Positions 42,265-51,490 of a DNA stretch of 64,000 bases are shown here, in pieces (positions within the stretch are counted from its first letter, which is position 1; each line of letters begins with the position of its first letter). The stretch comes from Candidatus Nomurabacteria bacterium (lineage in GTDB: Bacteria; Patescibacteriota; Minisyncoccia; Phycocordibacterales; UBA9973), in contig JAHFNS010000001.1 in NCBI GenBank assembly GCA_023267215.1, forward strand, positions 239,507 to 303,506, in the 5' to 3' direction. Under the pieces are notes generated by a model. The model was not told where the DNA came from and ran no database searches. It was given only the letters and a program-made list of their open reading frames with translations. The position numbers were made by a program, and so were the translations under genes.

Positions 42265-43307
42265 TTAGGATTTTCAGACTTATTAATCACTTCCTCTATA
42301 GTACTACCTTTTTCGTAAATTATTAAATCGCCTTCGGAATTTTGCCAAGATTTTTGTAAATTATCTAAAATTCTCCAAGTTTCGAGTATCTCACCACTTG
42401 AGATAAATAAATCACGTCTTCCTTCTATGACGGCTTTAATGACCCTTTCATAAGCATCCGCTTCATGTTCAATATTAAAAACTTTTTTATTACCATCTTT
42501 ATATTTAATGACTATTTGCGTTAATTTTTCCGAAAGAGATTTGCCGGTAGATAAAATTATTGAAACACCCTTCCAAGTTTTATCATTTGAAACCATATTA
42601 ATGGAGACAAATGTTTCCGTCATACTTTTAGGATTATTCACTTCCTCTCGGTATCCTTTGTACTGTCCTCTCTTCACACATTTATGATCCCCGACATCAC
42701 AAACAATTTCTAAATTCTTTAGCGCCTCATATCGGTCATCCATTTTAAAAGATTGAGAAAGCACCACTGCCGCCATTTCCAAAAGATGACTTTGCACAAA
42801 ATCTTTCAGTGCTCCTGTTTGTTCATAGAAATTAACCCTGCCTTCTATATCTATTTTTTCACTAGCAAAAATTTCTATTTCCGCAATATTTTCTTTCTGC
42901 CACTTTTCATTTACAACATTCTGCATGGACTGTTTGGCTAAATAATGATCCACTCTATAAATTTGATGCTCGGAAAAATATTGGTCAACATGCTCTACTA
43001 GACTTTGTGCAGACTCCAAATCTTTACCGAAAGGTTTTTCCAACATTATTTTTATATTCTCTCTGTCAAAATCATCATTAATTATTTTCACGACATCTGA
43101 CACAGCTTCGGGTGGAATAGCCAAATGAAAAATTTTCTCTCCGTCACTTGTGATTAAATCTTTTAAATTTCCATAATCTTTACGAGAAATAGGAATAACA
43201 GCACCGACATAATTCATATCTTGCATGTTTTTTAATGCAGGCAACAAATAACGCCTTGAAAGGTCGCCAGAAGCTCCGAAAATTATAAATGTTGGTTTAT
43301 TATTCAT
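42261..43307 (-). CDS. zwf: Glucose-6-phosphate 1-dehydrogenase (shortened)
   Basis: FGASGDL, EKPFG, YRVDHYLAK, GALKDFVQSHL. Confidence 0.88.
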   Translation of the reverse strand: MNNKPTFIIFGASGDLSRRYLLPALKNMQDMNYVGAVIPISRKDYGNLKDLITSDGEKIFHLAIPPEAVSDVVKIINDDFDRENIKIMLEKPFGKDLESAQSLVEHVDQYFSEHQIYRVDHYLAKQSMQNVVNEKWQKENIAEIEIFASEKIDIEGRVNFYEQTGALKDFVQSHLLEMAAVVLSQSFKMDDRYEALKNLEIVCDVGDHKCVKRGQYKGYREEVNNPKSMTETFVSINMVSNDKTWKGVSIILSTGKSLSEKLTQIVIKYKDGNKKVFNIEHEADAYERVIKAVIEGRRDLFISSGEILETWRILDNLQKSWQNSEGDLIIYEKGSTIEEVINKSENPK

Positions 43308-44214
43308 TGTTTATTTTATGTCCACCGAAAGCATTACGCATGAGGGCAAGCAATTTGGTGGCAAAATTTACTTTCCCTTTTTGTGATTCTATTCTGACAT
43401 CAAAAGCAGATTGGATTGAAGGCATTTCTATTTGAAATTCTTTCCCGACTTCTAAGGCAAACCTCGCCTCGCCTGATTCTACGACAACTCCTTCCACTCC
43501 TTTCAATTCTGGATTTTCTTTCTGTATTTTTAGGGCATCCACAGTGAGCTCATTCAACCATGAAGTTATGACGCTTCTTTTTTGCCAAACTTCTCCAGCG
43601 GAAACTAAATCAAGATTTTTATAAGGCCCTTCTTTGAGTAGTCTATATCCTTCAGCAAGGCTCTCCATCATACCATACTCAATAGCGTTGTGGACCATTT
43701 TGACATAGTGCCCAGAACCCGGTTCTCCAAAATGGTGATACGCGCCAGTTGGTTTTTCTAGCGTTTGCAAAATCGGTTCAATAATTTTGAAAGTTCTTGC
43801 GTCCCCTCCCACCATCATAGAAAATCCGTTTTTATATCCCCAAACTCCCCCACTCGTCCCGACATCCATTAAAATAGAGCCCGCATTTGAAACTTTTTCT
43901 GCATGCTTTTTCGTCTGACGAAAATCAGAATTACCTCCATCAATTATGACGCTCCCTTTAGGAATTATTTTCAGCCATGCATCAATTTCTTGATCAACAA
44001 CATCTGCTGGCACCATCATCCAGACGATCATTTGCTCTTCATTAAATAAATTTACCACTTCTTCTTTAGTATAAGCAGGAATCATCCCCAGACTTTTCAT
44101 CTCATCTATTGAAACACTACTCCTATTATGAGCAACAACAATATGCCCACCTTCGTGAAGTTTCTTTGCTATCTGCGCCCCCATTTTTCCTAAACCTGAT
44201 ATTGCTATTTTCAT
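43300..44214 (-). CDS. gnd: 6-phosphogluconate dehydrogenase, decarboxylating (short type)
   Basis: GLGKMG, IDGGNS, GTSGGVWG, KMVHNAIEYG, RNAFGGH. Confidence 0.93.
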   Translation of the reverse strand: MKIAISGLGKMGAQIAKKLHEGGHIVVAHNRSSVSIDEMKSLGMIPAYTKEEVVNLFNEEQMIVWMMVPADVVDQEIDAWLKIIPKGSVIIDGGNSDFRQTKKHAEKVSNAGSILMDVGTSGGVWGYKNGFSMMVGGDARTFKIIEPILQTLEKPTGAYHHFGEPGSGHYVKMVHNAIEYGMMESLAEGYRLLKEGPYKNLDLVSAGEVWQKRSVITSWLNELTVDALKIQKENPELKGVEGVVVESGEARFALEVGKEFQIEMPSIQSAFDVRIESQKGKVNFATKLLALMRNAFGGHKINNE

Positions 44215-44255
44215 ATAATTTTTTATAAAACTTTAGAAACAAAAATTTTTGATTT

Positions 44256-44921
44256 TCAAGATTTTAAGTCGCTAAATATTGTTAATAATGGGACTTTTTT
44301 CAAAACTTGCGCCGGTTGCTTTAAAATATTTATATCTTCATTCAACAAATCTTTTATAACTGGCCATTTTTCTTCTCCCTGCATAAAAACCACCGCTTCA
44401 TTGAACTTTTCTATCGTTTTAGGAGTTATAGTAATTCGAGAAAATAAAGGAGTATTATAATTGGAAGCAAAATCCTGACAATCTACGGCCACACTCTCTG
44501 GTAAGATACCAGCAGTATGTCCATCAGCACCAACACCAAATAAACCGATTTTATAATTAGCTAAATTTAATTCTTTTGTAAGATTTTCATTAAATTTTTG
44601 AGTAGTAACATTTATATTTTCATTAATTAAAATTGGAATAATCTTTGCCTGTGATAGATTAAAACCTTTTTCTGAAAGTTGAAAAAAATTTGAATTGGAG
44701 TGATTGATCTCACCATACCTCTCATCTGTCAACATTATAGTTAGATTTTGAACTGAATTTCCTTTTAAAAGTTCTGATACTTTCACTCCTACAGCAATAG
44801 AAGAACCCCCAGTTACAAAAAATAAAACGCGTTTACCTTGATTTAGCTGACTTAAAATAGAGGCAACAATAAAATCCGCAACTTCTTCTATTTTAGTCGT
44901 TGTTTTTAAAGTAATACTCAT
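44256..44921 (-). CDS. 6-phosphogluconolactonase
   Basis: TGGSS, DERYG, G.GADGHTAGI; start at MSITLK. Confidence 0.82.
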   Translation of the reverse strand: MSITLKTTTKIEEVADFIVASILSQLNQGKRVLFFVTGGSSIAVGVKVSELLKGNSVQNLTIMLTDERYGEINHSNSNFFQLSEKGFNLSQAKIIPILINENINVTTQKFNENLTKELNLANYKIGLFGVGADGHTAGILPESVAVDCQDFASNYNTPLFSRITITPKTIEKFNEAVVFMQGEEKWPVIKDLLNEDINILKQPAQVLKKVPLLTIFSDLKS

Positions 44922-44961
44922 AAAGCCATTATACCAAAATTCCAACCATTTCGGCAGCTCA

Positions 44962-46203
44962 TTAAAACTGTGAAATATCTCTAGAAGAAAATAAATTAAT
45001 CGTCCAATCGACAGCAACTTTTACCTTTTTATGCCAAGAAATAAGTTTTGATAAATAAATGGTGCGCCAAACCCACCAAGCAAAATGTCCTGATAAATTA
45101 AAATTAAATATTTGCCCTACAGCCATCCATTTACCGAGCGAAACAAGTACACCATTACTATGATAAGTAAAAGATTTTAATGCCTGTTCATCAATTTGAT
45201 TTTTAATATTTCCTGCGACCGTCTCTGCTTCCCCTATAGCCACTTGTGCCAACATTGGAATAAAAGTACCATCTTTATTTTTTGCTCCAGCGATATCACC
45301 TATCGCATAGACAAAAGGATATTTTTCAAGCTGTAAATATTCATTTACTTTCATTTTACCATTTGGTTCTAAAGCAACCATTTCTTCAAACAAAATTTCG
45401 CTTGGTTTCACCCCAGCCACCCATACCACCGTTTTCGTTTCTAAAATTCTTCCATCTTCGAGCTCTACTGTATCTGCTGTTACTTTTTTTACAACAGAAT
45501 TAAGTAAAACTTTTACTCCTTTTTTCTCTATTATTTTTAAACTTTTTTCTTGTAATGGTTTCGGAAATTGAGAAAGAATTTCTTTACTTCTTTGAACAAT
45601 CACTATTGAAATATCGTTGATTATTTTTTTAGGATAATAATGTGAAAAAGTTTCTTTCAAAAACTCCTCTAGTTCGGAAGCAAGCTCCACACCAGTCGGA
45701 CCTCCACCTATTACAACAAACTGCAACATTTTTTTTCTTTCTGTTTCATCGATAATAAAAGAAGCTTGATCAATAATATTGATACAATGATTCTTTAATT
45801 TTATGGCATCTTCAAGTGATTTGAGAGTAAAAGAATTCTCTTTGGACCCCAAAATATCATAAAAATTGGTCTCTGCCCCGGGGGCTAAAATGAGATAATC
45901 ATAAGTCCAAGATCCAGCTGTCGTATCTAAAGTATGTCTATCTAAATTAACTTTAGTCACTTTGCCAACATGAAAAGTATGAAGACAACATCCCAAAATT
46001 TTCCTAATTGGTTCTATTATATTTATCGGATTTATACTTCCAGTCGCCACTTCGTGTAATAAAGGCGTAAAAAGAAAATAGTTTTTCTCGCTGATCAAGG
46101 TGATTTCTACTCTTCTATCTTGGTGAAAAATTTTATGTAATTTTTTTAAAACATACACTCCACCAAAGCCACCTCCAACAATTGTAATTCGGATAGATTT
46201 CAT
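44962..46203 (-). CDS. ndh: Type II NADH dehydrogenase
   Basis: GGGFGG, FTPLLHEVATG, GGGPTGVELA, AIGD, AQVA. Confidence 0.9.
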   Translation of the reverse strand: MKSIRITIVGGGFGGVYVLKKLHKIFHQDRRVEITLISEKNYFLFTPLLHEVATGSINPINIIEPIRKILGCCLHTFHVGKVTKVNLDRHTLDTTAGSWTYDYLILAPGAETNFYDILGSKENSFTLKSLEDAIKLKNHCINIIDQASFIIDETERKKMLQFVVIGGGPTGVELASELEEFLKETFSHYYPKKIINDISIVIVQRSKEILSQFPKPLQEKSLKIIEKKGVKVLLNSVVKKVTADTVELEDGRILETKTVVWVAGVKPSEILFEEMVALEPNGKMKVNEYLQLEKYPFVYAIGDIAGAKNKDGTFIPMLAQVAIGEAETVAGNIKNQIDEQALKSFTYHSNGVLVSLGKWMAVGQIFNFNLSGHFAWWVWRTIYLSKLISWHKKVKVAVDWTINLFSSRDISQF

Positions 46204-46299
46204 AAGTGAATTATAGCAAATTAAAAACAATTTCTATATTGTTGTTCTCTTAACCTTCAAAGGTGACACTGTGGATAACTCAAAATATCCTTGGTGAAG

Positions 46300-46324
46300 T
46301 TGGCGGAGGCAATGCCTCCGCCAA
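46300..46324. repeat. AGG-N5-CCT hairpin
   Basis: TTGGCGG-AGG-CAATG-CCT-CCGCCAA. Confidence 0.75.
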
Positions 46325-46360
46325 TAAAAAACATTTACGCCATGGCGTAGATGTTTTTTA
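46325..46360 (-). terminator. Intrinsic terminator
   Basis: AAAAAACATTTACGCC-AT-GGCGTAGATGTTTTTT. Confidence 0.7.
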
Positions 46361-46930
46361 TTTATTTACTAATTTCTTTCTCGCCTTTTTCCAATCCTCT
46401 TTTAAAAGGCCATACATATTTTGATCATGAATTATCCCTGTAGCCAAACATTTCTTTCTTTTCCTTAAAACACCCTCTAATACATACCCCATTTTCTTTT
46501 GAGTTGCATTTGAGGCTTTATTGTCTTTATAAACATAAGAATCTAATCTTCTTAATTTAAGTTTATCAAAAGCAAAATCATTTACAGCTATTTTTGCTTC
46601 TGTAATATATCCGTTTCTCCAATATTTTTTATTTATCCAAGAACCAGTTTAAGCAGTTCCAGAAAATTTACTTATATCACCAAATCCAATACCACCAATT
46701 ACTTTCTTTTCAGCTTTTAATTCAATAGAAAACTGCATACTTGTTATTATTTTTTGTTTACTCTCTTTGTCCGTTTTTTTAATGAAATCATACGCTTCTT
46801 TTTTTCTGTAAGGATGAGGCATGTATGACATCATTTTAGCAACATTAAAATCACCAAGCCCTTCCACAATATCTTTCCAATCGCTCTTTTTTGGTTTTCT
46901 TAATATTAGTCTTTTGGTTTCTAATTGCAT
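46358..46930 (-). pseudogene. RimJ/RimL GNAT acetyltransferase with one in-frame TAA
   Basis: LETKRLILR...GTA*TGSWINKKYWRNGYITEA...NKAS...KMGY..EG continues in frame past the stop at 46649-46651. Confidence 0.85.
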
Positions 46931-46937
46931 AGATTTA

Positions 46938-47312
46938 TTATATTCTTATATAATTTAATGTTTCTTCAAATAGTTTTTCCTCTACACCTTCTTCAATAAA
47001 TACATGACTAGCACCTTCAACTATCGCAAATTCATTAGCCACCTTTATTTTACCTAAAAATGGTTTCCAAGTTTCGAACTTATTATAGTTTCCAGCAAAA
47101 ATAAACTTACAAGGAACATTTATTTTCTCAGCTAATTTACCTATATCTATAGTTTTCCACTCATTAACTAATTCTTTATCAAAATAACCTTCTGCCCATT
47201 TTTTTCTTTTCTCAATTGATATTTCTCTCGTTTTTAAATAGTGTAAATAATCCTTTTTATTCCTAAAAGTCATTCCCCCGTGAATCATAAGTATTTGTGT
47301 TTTCTTTTTCAT
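46938..47312 (-). pseudogene. Internally deleted or chimeric alpha/beta hydrolase
   Basis: N-terminal IHGG strand and C-terminal EGASH.F present; nucleophile elbow absent; only 124 aa. Confidence 0.55.
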
Positions 47313-47335
47313 GTTTTTATTATAACAAATTTTAT

Positions 47336-47605
47336 TTATTTTTTGGGATAAATAATTAAAAATCTATCTTTATAAGATAAACCTTGAATCATAGAACCTA
47401 TCAATAGTCCAATGATTAATTCATTTCTAAAATTAAGAACTAGTATAACTATAAGTAACATCGAACACCAAATCCAATGGTGAATATGAATATAATTATT
47501 TTTTACAGAAAAACGTAGAGATTTTTCAATCTTATCTCCTTCATGTTTTCCAGAAAGTAATTTAGAAAACAAAAAACCAAGAATTATTCCAATTATTAAT
47601 ATCAT
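47336..47605 (-). CDS. Small membrane protein (HIHHW motif)
   Basis: TM segments; TATACT 6 nt before the ATG. Confidence 0.7.
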   Translation of the reverse strand: MILIIGIILGFLFSKLLSGKHEGDKIEKSLRFSVKNNYIHIHHWIWCSMLLIVILVLNFRNELIIGLLIGSMIQGLSYKDRFLIIYPKK

Positions 47606-47625
47606 TATAAAAGTATACTATATAT

Positions 47626-47649
47626 TGCTGGGACGCTCGGGCTGGAACC
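47626..47649 (-). other. Degenerate tRNA(Gln)-like 3' fragment, candidate att site
   Basis: GG-TTCCAGC-CCGAG-CGTCCCA-G-CA fits T-loop, T-stem, acceptor strand and discriminator. Confidence 0.65.
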
Positions 47650-47727
47650 ATTTGCCTCCTTACCCCATAATGTTATTTTTAACTTTTTTATTATACCAAA
47701 ACGACGCATCTCGAGCACTGTTTATTT

Positions 47728-49005
47728 TTAATCTTTTAGATTTAATACCAATGAACTCGAAAATAGCTCAAGGCTTTTTACATATCTTTCTAGTATCTCC
47801 CTATGTAATAATTGCCATTGTTCGCTTATATATAAATCTATTAACTTCTCTTTTTTTAGTGTTGGAATTAAATTTTCGTCTTCTTGGTGAGCCCCCAAAA
47901 GACTTACTATTCTTAATAAGTTTCTTATTCCAAATAAATCATTACTTACTGTAATTTTTTTTGAAAATAAATATAATTGTAATGAATTGACGCTCTTATT
48001 AATGCTTTGCGAATCAATTCCAGGTATTAATTTACTTGCTTCTTCAAATGTCATATTGTGATTTTTTGCCGATGATTCAATGTTTTGCATTATATCTCTA
48101 AGATTTGAACAGCATATTACCATTGAATTTTTATCTTTGGCTGTTTCTATTTGAGATATGAGCGTTTCATCATCAGGGAAAATTTTATGGTCAAATAGAG
48201 ATAAAGATTTTTCGTTTATTTTTTGTCTAAGTGTACTTATATTAGCAACCTGCTTACCATTAGAAAATTGTTCGGAGTCTTTTGTTTCTTTTTTTGTTAA
48301 TATTTCTTCCTCATTCTTATTCTTCTTTTCTATAAGTAGTTTTGAAGCGCTTGAACCTTCTTTTTTAATTTTTTCTATCAAAATATCAACCTTTCCTCCT
48401 TTCCATCCAAGGATTTCTCTTGTTAGTATTATTTCAGAATCTTTATTTTTTATGGTATCAAAATTATCAATAAAATATTGATAATTTGTTTTAGAATCAA
48501 TAATTAAAAAGAAATATAGAGCTACTTTTCTATCTTCTTTATCGAAGGAATTATTAAAAAATATATCTTTAAGTATTTCACTAAACTCTGCTAAAGCATT
48601 TGCTTTCTTTAAATAATCTAGTAGATTATAGAGCATTATATATTTTTCTGACTGTACATAATAGTTCGTAAAAATTATTTTTGCTCTTTCAACGACCTCT
48701 TCATCAAAGTCTGAAACTTTTATTAGATCATCCAGACAAGATATAAAATCATTTGATCCTGTGTTTTTTGATTTTGCTATCTCTTTAATTATCTCGTGCG
48801 CCTCTTTTGAGTCAATTTTTGATATTGAATCTAGAAATGCGTAGGACCAATAATGATCATTGTATTTTTTATATGAATCATAAATAGGATATAAAAAACA
48901 TACATTCGTAATTTCATTTATATCTTGCAAAATAGAATGTGCTTCTTCGGCATCTTTAGCTCTATATAAATCTGAAATTAATTTTGAATGATATGCTGTT
49001 GTCAT
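47728..49005 (-). CDS. Hypothetical helical protein
   Basis: 425-aa ORF with HEAT-like N-terminal half; no recognised family. Confidence 0.7.
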   Translation of the reverse strand: MTTAYHSKLISDLYRAKDAEEAHSILQDINEITNVCFLYPIYDSYKKYNDHYWSYAFLDSISKIDSKEAHEIIKEIAKSKNTGSNDFISCLDDLIKVSDFDEEVVERAKIIFTNYYVQSEKYIMLYNLLDYLKKANALAEFSEILKDIFFNNSFDKEDRKVALYFFLIIDSKTNYQYFIDNFDTIKNKDSEIILTREILGWKGGKVDILIEKIKKEGSSASKLLIEKKNKNEEEILTKKETKDSEQFSNGKQVANISTLRQKINEKSLSLFDHKIFPDDETLISQIETAKDKNSMVICCSNLRDIMQNIESSAKNHNMTFEEASKLIPGIDSQSINKSVNSLQLYLFSKKITVSNDLFGIRNLLRIVSLLGAHQEDENLIPTLKKEKLIDLYISEQWQLLHREILERYVKSLELFSSSLVLNLKD

Positions 49006-49205
49006 TTGTTTATTATTAACGCGTCTCGAGCGCGCGAACCTAGCTCAAACTGGCTGACAGTCATGGTCTCAAATATGTGAGACCAAACAACATAAGGATA
49101 TCTTACCACCCCTTCTACTCCTTGTACTAGGTGTCTCGGTCTATAGGGTCTTTTTGTGAATGCTACAGATGAGACACAAAACACCTGTCTCGGTCTCTGT
49201 CTCAA

Positions 49206-49652
49206 TTACAAAGGTTCGCCGTTCTTGTACCATTCTAGCGTTATAATTTCTCCTGCTTTTTCGGATACTCCAAAAACAATAAAGAGTCCAAGCTGATAAC
49301 CATACCCACCAAGCTCTTGAGTAAGACCTTCTAGTTTCCAAAGGTCATCACGTTTTGGGTTGTTGTTTGTTTCAAGTTCAATAGCAACAAGATTATTATT
49401 ATCAATACTGCGTTCATGGATAGCTATATCAATTTCTATCAAATCACCATTAAGTCTTTTTGATGCGTCTCCATGTTTATTATAGAAAGGATCAACAGTA
49501 ATATTTCCTGTTTCAAAAATCAACTTCAATTTATTAGCAAGGTCAGTTGTAAATGTACGTTCAACCCGACCTCTTTTTAGATGACTTATTTGTTCGTGAG
49601 CTGACTCACTGATTGCATGTTCTATTTTTTTAATAAGAGTTGTGTCGTCCAT
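49206..49652 (-). CDS. Putative PD-(D/E)xK-fold nuclease-like protein
   Basis: ER..T..LA, D..YNK, IDIAIH.R, LVAIELE, D..KL. Confidence 0.55.
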   Translation of the reverse strand: MDDTTLIKKIEHAISESAHEQISHLKRGRVERTFTTDLANKLKLIFETGNITVDPFYNKHGDASKRLNGDLIEIDIAIHERSIDNNNLVAIELETNNNPKRDDLWKLEGLTQELGGYGYQLGLFIVFGVSEKAGEIITLEWYKNGEPL

Positions 49653-49656
49653 ATTA

Positions 49657-50757
49657 TTAATCCTTAGATTCTTTTTTGAGTCTTCGCTTTGCTAATTCTA
49701 ACAAATCCTCCTCTCTTTCGTAAGCTCTTAAACGACCAGTCAGTATGCCCATACGATAAAAGATACCGTCACTCATTAAACGCCAGTTAGTATCATCAAT
49801 AGCTTTCTTTATTATCTTTTGTAAATCATGAGTACTAGCTAAATCAATCCTTTCAGGATTAGCATCATGTGCGGTAAATGGAAGTATTAAATCCTTACCC
49901 ATGTCAGGCGTTCCAAATTGGAACTTTACATATTTTGCTTTTTCACAAAGAGGTATTAATAATTCTTCTAAAGAAACAATCGTTAATTTTTTTAGTTTTT
50001 CAACTTCATCGTATTCATCTTTGTGTTTTTCCTTTTCTTCCCATTTCTCCATGAATTTAGCCACTGATTCAAGCTGAGATTTTTCAAGAAGATTTTTACT
50101 CAGAGCTTCTCCTGATAAACAAAATCGTTCTCTATCTTTTTCGTAATCAGGATCTGGTGGTTCTTCTTCTTTTAAAGTTAAATCAAACTCGTCGGTTTCC
50201 ATATGACCACAACTAGGGCAGGTTTCAGTAGTAATAACTTTCTTATTTTCAATCCTCTCGCTATTTCTCTCCAAGATTGATTTACATTTAGGGCATAAAT
50301 GAGGTTTTATTTTATACTCTTCACCATCATTAAAAAATGCTCTGTGTGGAACGCATTCATTTGGACAATCGTAGGTAAATAAAATTCTATCGCCTTTGTC
50401 TTCGTGGCTATCGTATAAAATTTTGCTAGTTTGAGTAGTGAGACTCTGACATTTAAGGCATCTTATACCCCTAGGTGCTTCAGCATTTTCATAAAGTTCA
50501 TCTTTCTGGGTATCTCTGCTGATCCATTCACTTATTTTGCTTTCTTTTCCTTCATGCCATTTAATAGTTGCATGGAGAAGATCATAATGAAGTGCCATTT
50601 CCGTAACACCTTCATAAAATTTCTCACTAACTTGCTTAGCTAATTCTTCACTTGGTTTTGAGTTCTTATGAAAGTTCTCTCGCCATCGACAATCCTTTAC
50701 TGTCAGTCGATCATAGAGGTCTATATATTCTTGCCTTGTTTTAAGATATTTACTCAT
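49657..50757 (-). CDS. Hypothetical zinc-ribbon protein
   Basis: CLKC, CPNEC, CPKC, CPSC. Confidence 0.75.
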   Translation of the reverse strand: MSKYLKTRQEYIDLYDRLTVKDCRWRENFHKNSKPSEELAKQVSEKFYEGVTEMALHYDLLHATIKWHEGKESKISEWISRDTQKDELYENAEAPRGIRCLKCQSLTTQTSKILYDSHEDKGDRILFTYDCPNECVPHRAFFNDGEEYKIKPHLCPKCKSILERNSERIENKKVITTETCPSCGHMETDEFDLTLKEEEPPDPDYEKDRERFCLSGEALSKNLLEKSQLESVAKFMEKWEEKEKHKDEYDEVEKLKKLTIVSLEELLIPLCEKAKYVKFQFGTPDMGKDLILPFTAHDANPERIDLASTHDLQKIIKKAIDDTNWRLMSDGIFYRMGILTGRLRAYEREEDLLELAKRRLKKESKD

Positions 50758-50772
50758 GCAATAGTACTAAAA

Positions 50773-51474
50773 TTATTTATTTTTTATTGCTTGTCCGATA
50801 TGCCACACCAATCGTTCGTATGACCAGCGATCTAACGCTCTCTGTCCACTTAGCATTGATGAGAAAAAGATGGGTATCTTTTTACTTCCTCTTGTAAACC
50901 AATGGAAGCCTCTACTCTCATCCCATAATAAATCATTCTTAATATGTTCCCGTAGTAGTTCAGAAGCAAATGCATTTCCAACTATTATGCATCGTGGGTC
51001 AACCTCAACAAGAATTTCTTCAAAAAGAACAATTTGGTCTAAAGCAAACTGATTTAATTTTTTACCATCTCTTATGCGTTCCATAAAATCTTTCTGGGAA
51101 GTTTCTTTGTATAAAAATAAATCTATGTGTTGCCAATCGACTCCGAGTTTCTTTGATATCTCAATTGGACGACCAAAATAGAGTGGATATTTTGCTTGTG
51201 CATAATTCTCTATTTTAATACAGTCATCAACTAGATTTAGGTTTAAAGATATATTACTCCACTTGAAGAAAACAGTAGGATCAAGATAAGTATATTCTGT
51301 ATCCTTCAAAATTGACTTGAACCCACGTGCACTAAAAGATGGGTTCATTCCGACAAAAAGAAGCGAGTCTTTCTTAAAATCCTCGTAAAAAAGTGGTGAA
51401 TACACGTCAGGATTATTTTTGAAATATTTATTCCACAGTTCTATTATTTTTTGATTGATTTTCTGATTTTTCAT
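50773..51474 (-). CDS. Putative uracil-DNA glycosylase-like fold protein
   Basis: LLFVGMNPS motif A-like; F.E.L..VDP..IIV.N. Confidence 0.55.
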   Translation of the reverse strand: MKNQKINQKIIELWNKYFKNNPDVYSPLFYEDFKKDSLLFVGMNPSFSARGFKSILKDTEYTYLDPTVFFKWSNISLNLNLVDDCIKIENYAQAKYPLYFGRPIEISKKLGVDWQHIDLFLYKETSQKDFMERIRDGKKLNQFALDQIVLFEEILVEVDPRCIIVGNAFASELLREHIKNDLLWDESRGFHWFTRGSKKIPIFFSSMLSGQRALDRWSYERLVWHIGQAIKNK

Positions 51475-51490
51475 AAACTTGTTTATGCTA

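Noticed and set aside
46649-46651. Stop-codon reassignment
   Set aside because: TAA, TAG and TGA all terminate genes normally elsewhere in the window; this is an isolated case
47600-47720. Intact tRNA gene
   Set aside because: Only the 3' 24 nt are tRNA-like; no D arm, anticodon arm or 5' acceptor strand
49002-49341. Short ORFs 49002-49205 and 49141-49341
   Set aside because: Atypical composition; they overlap a motif-rich intergenic region and a better-supported gene
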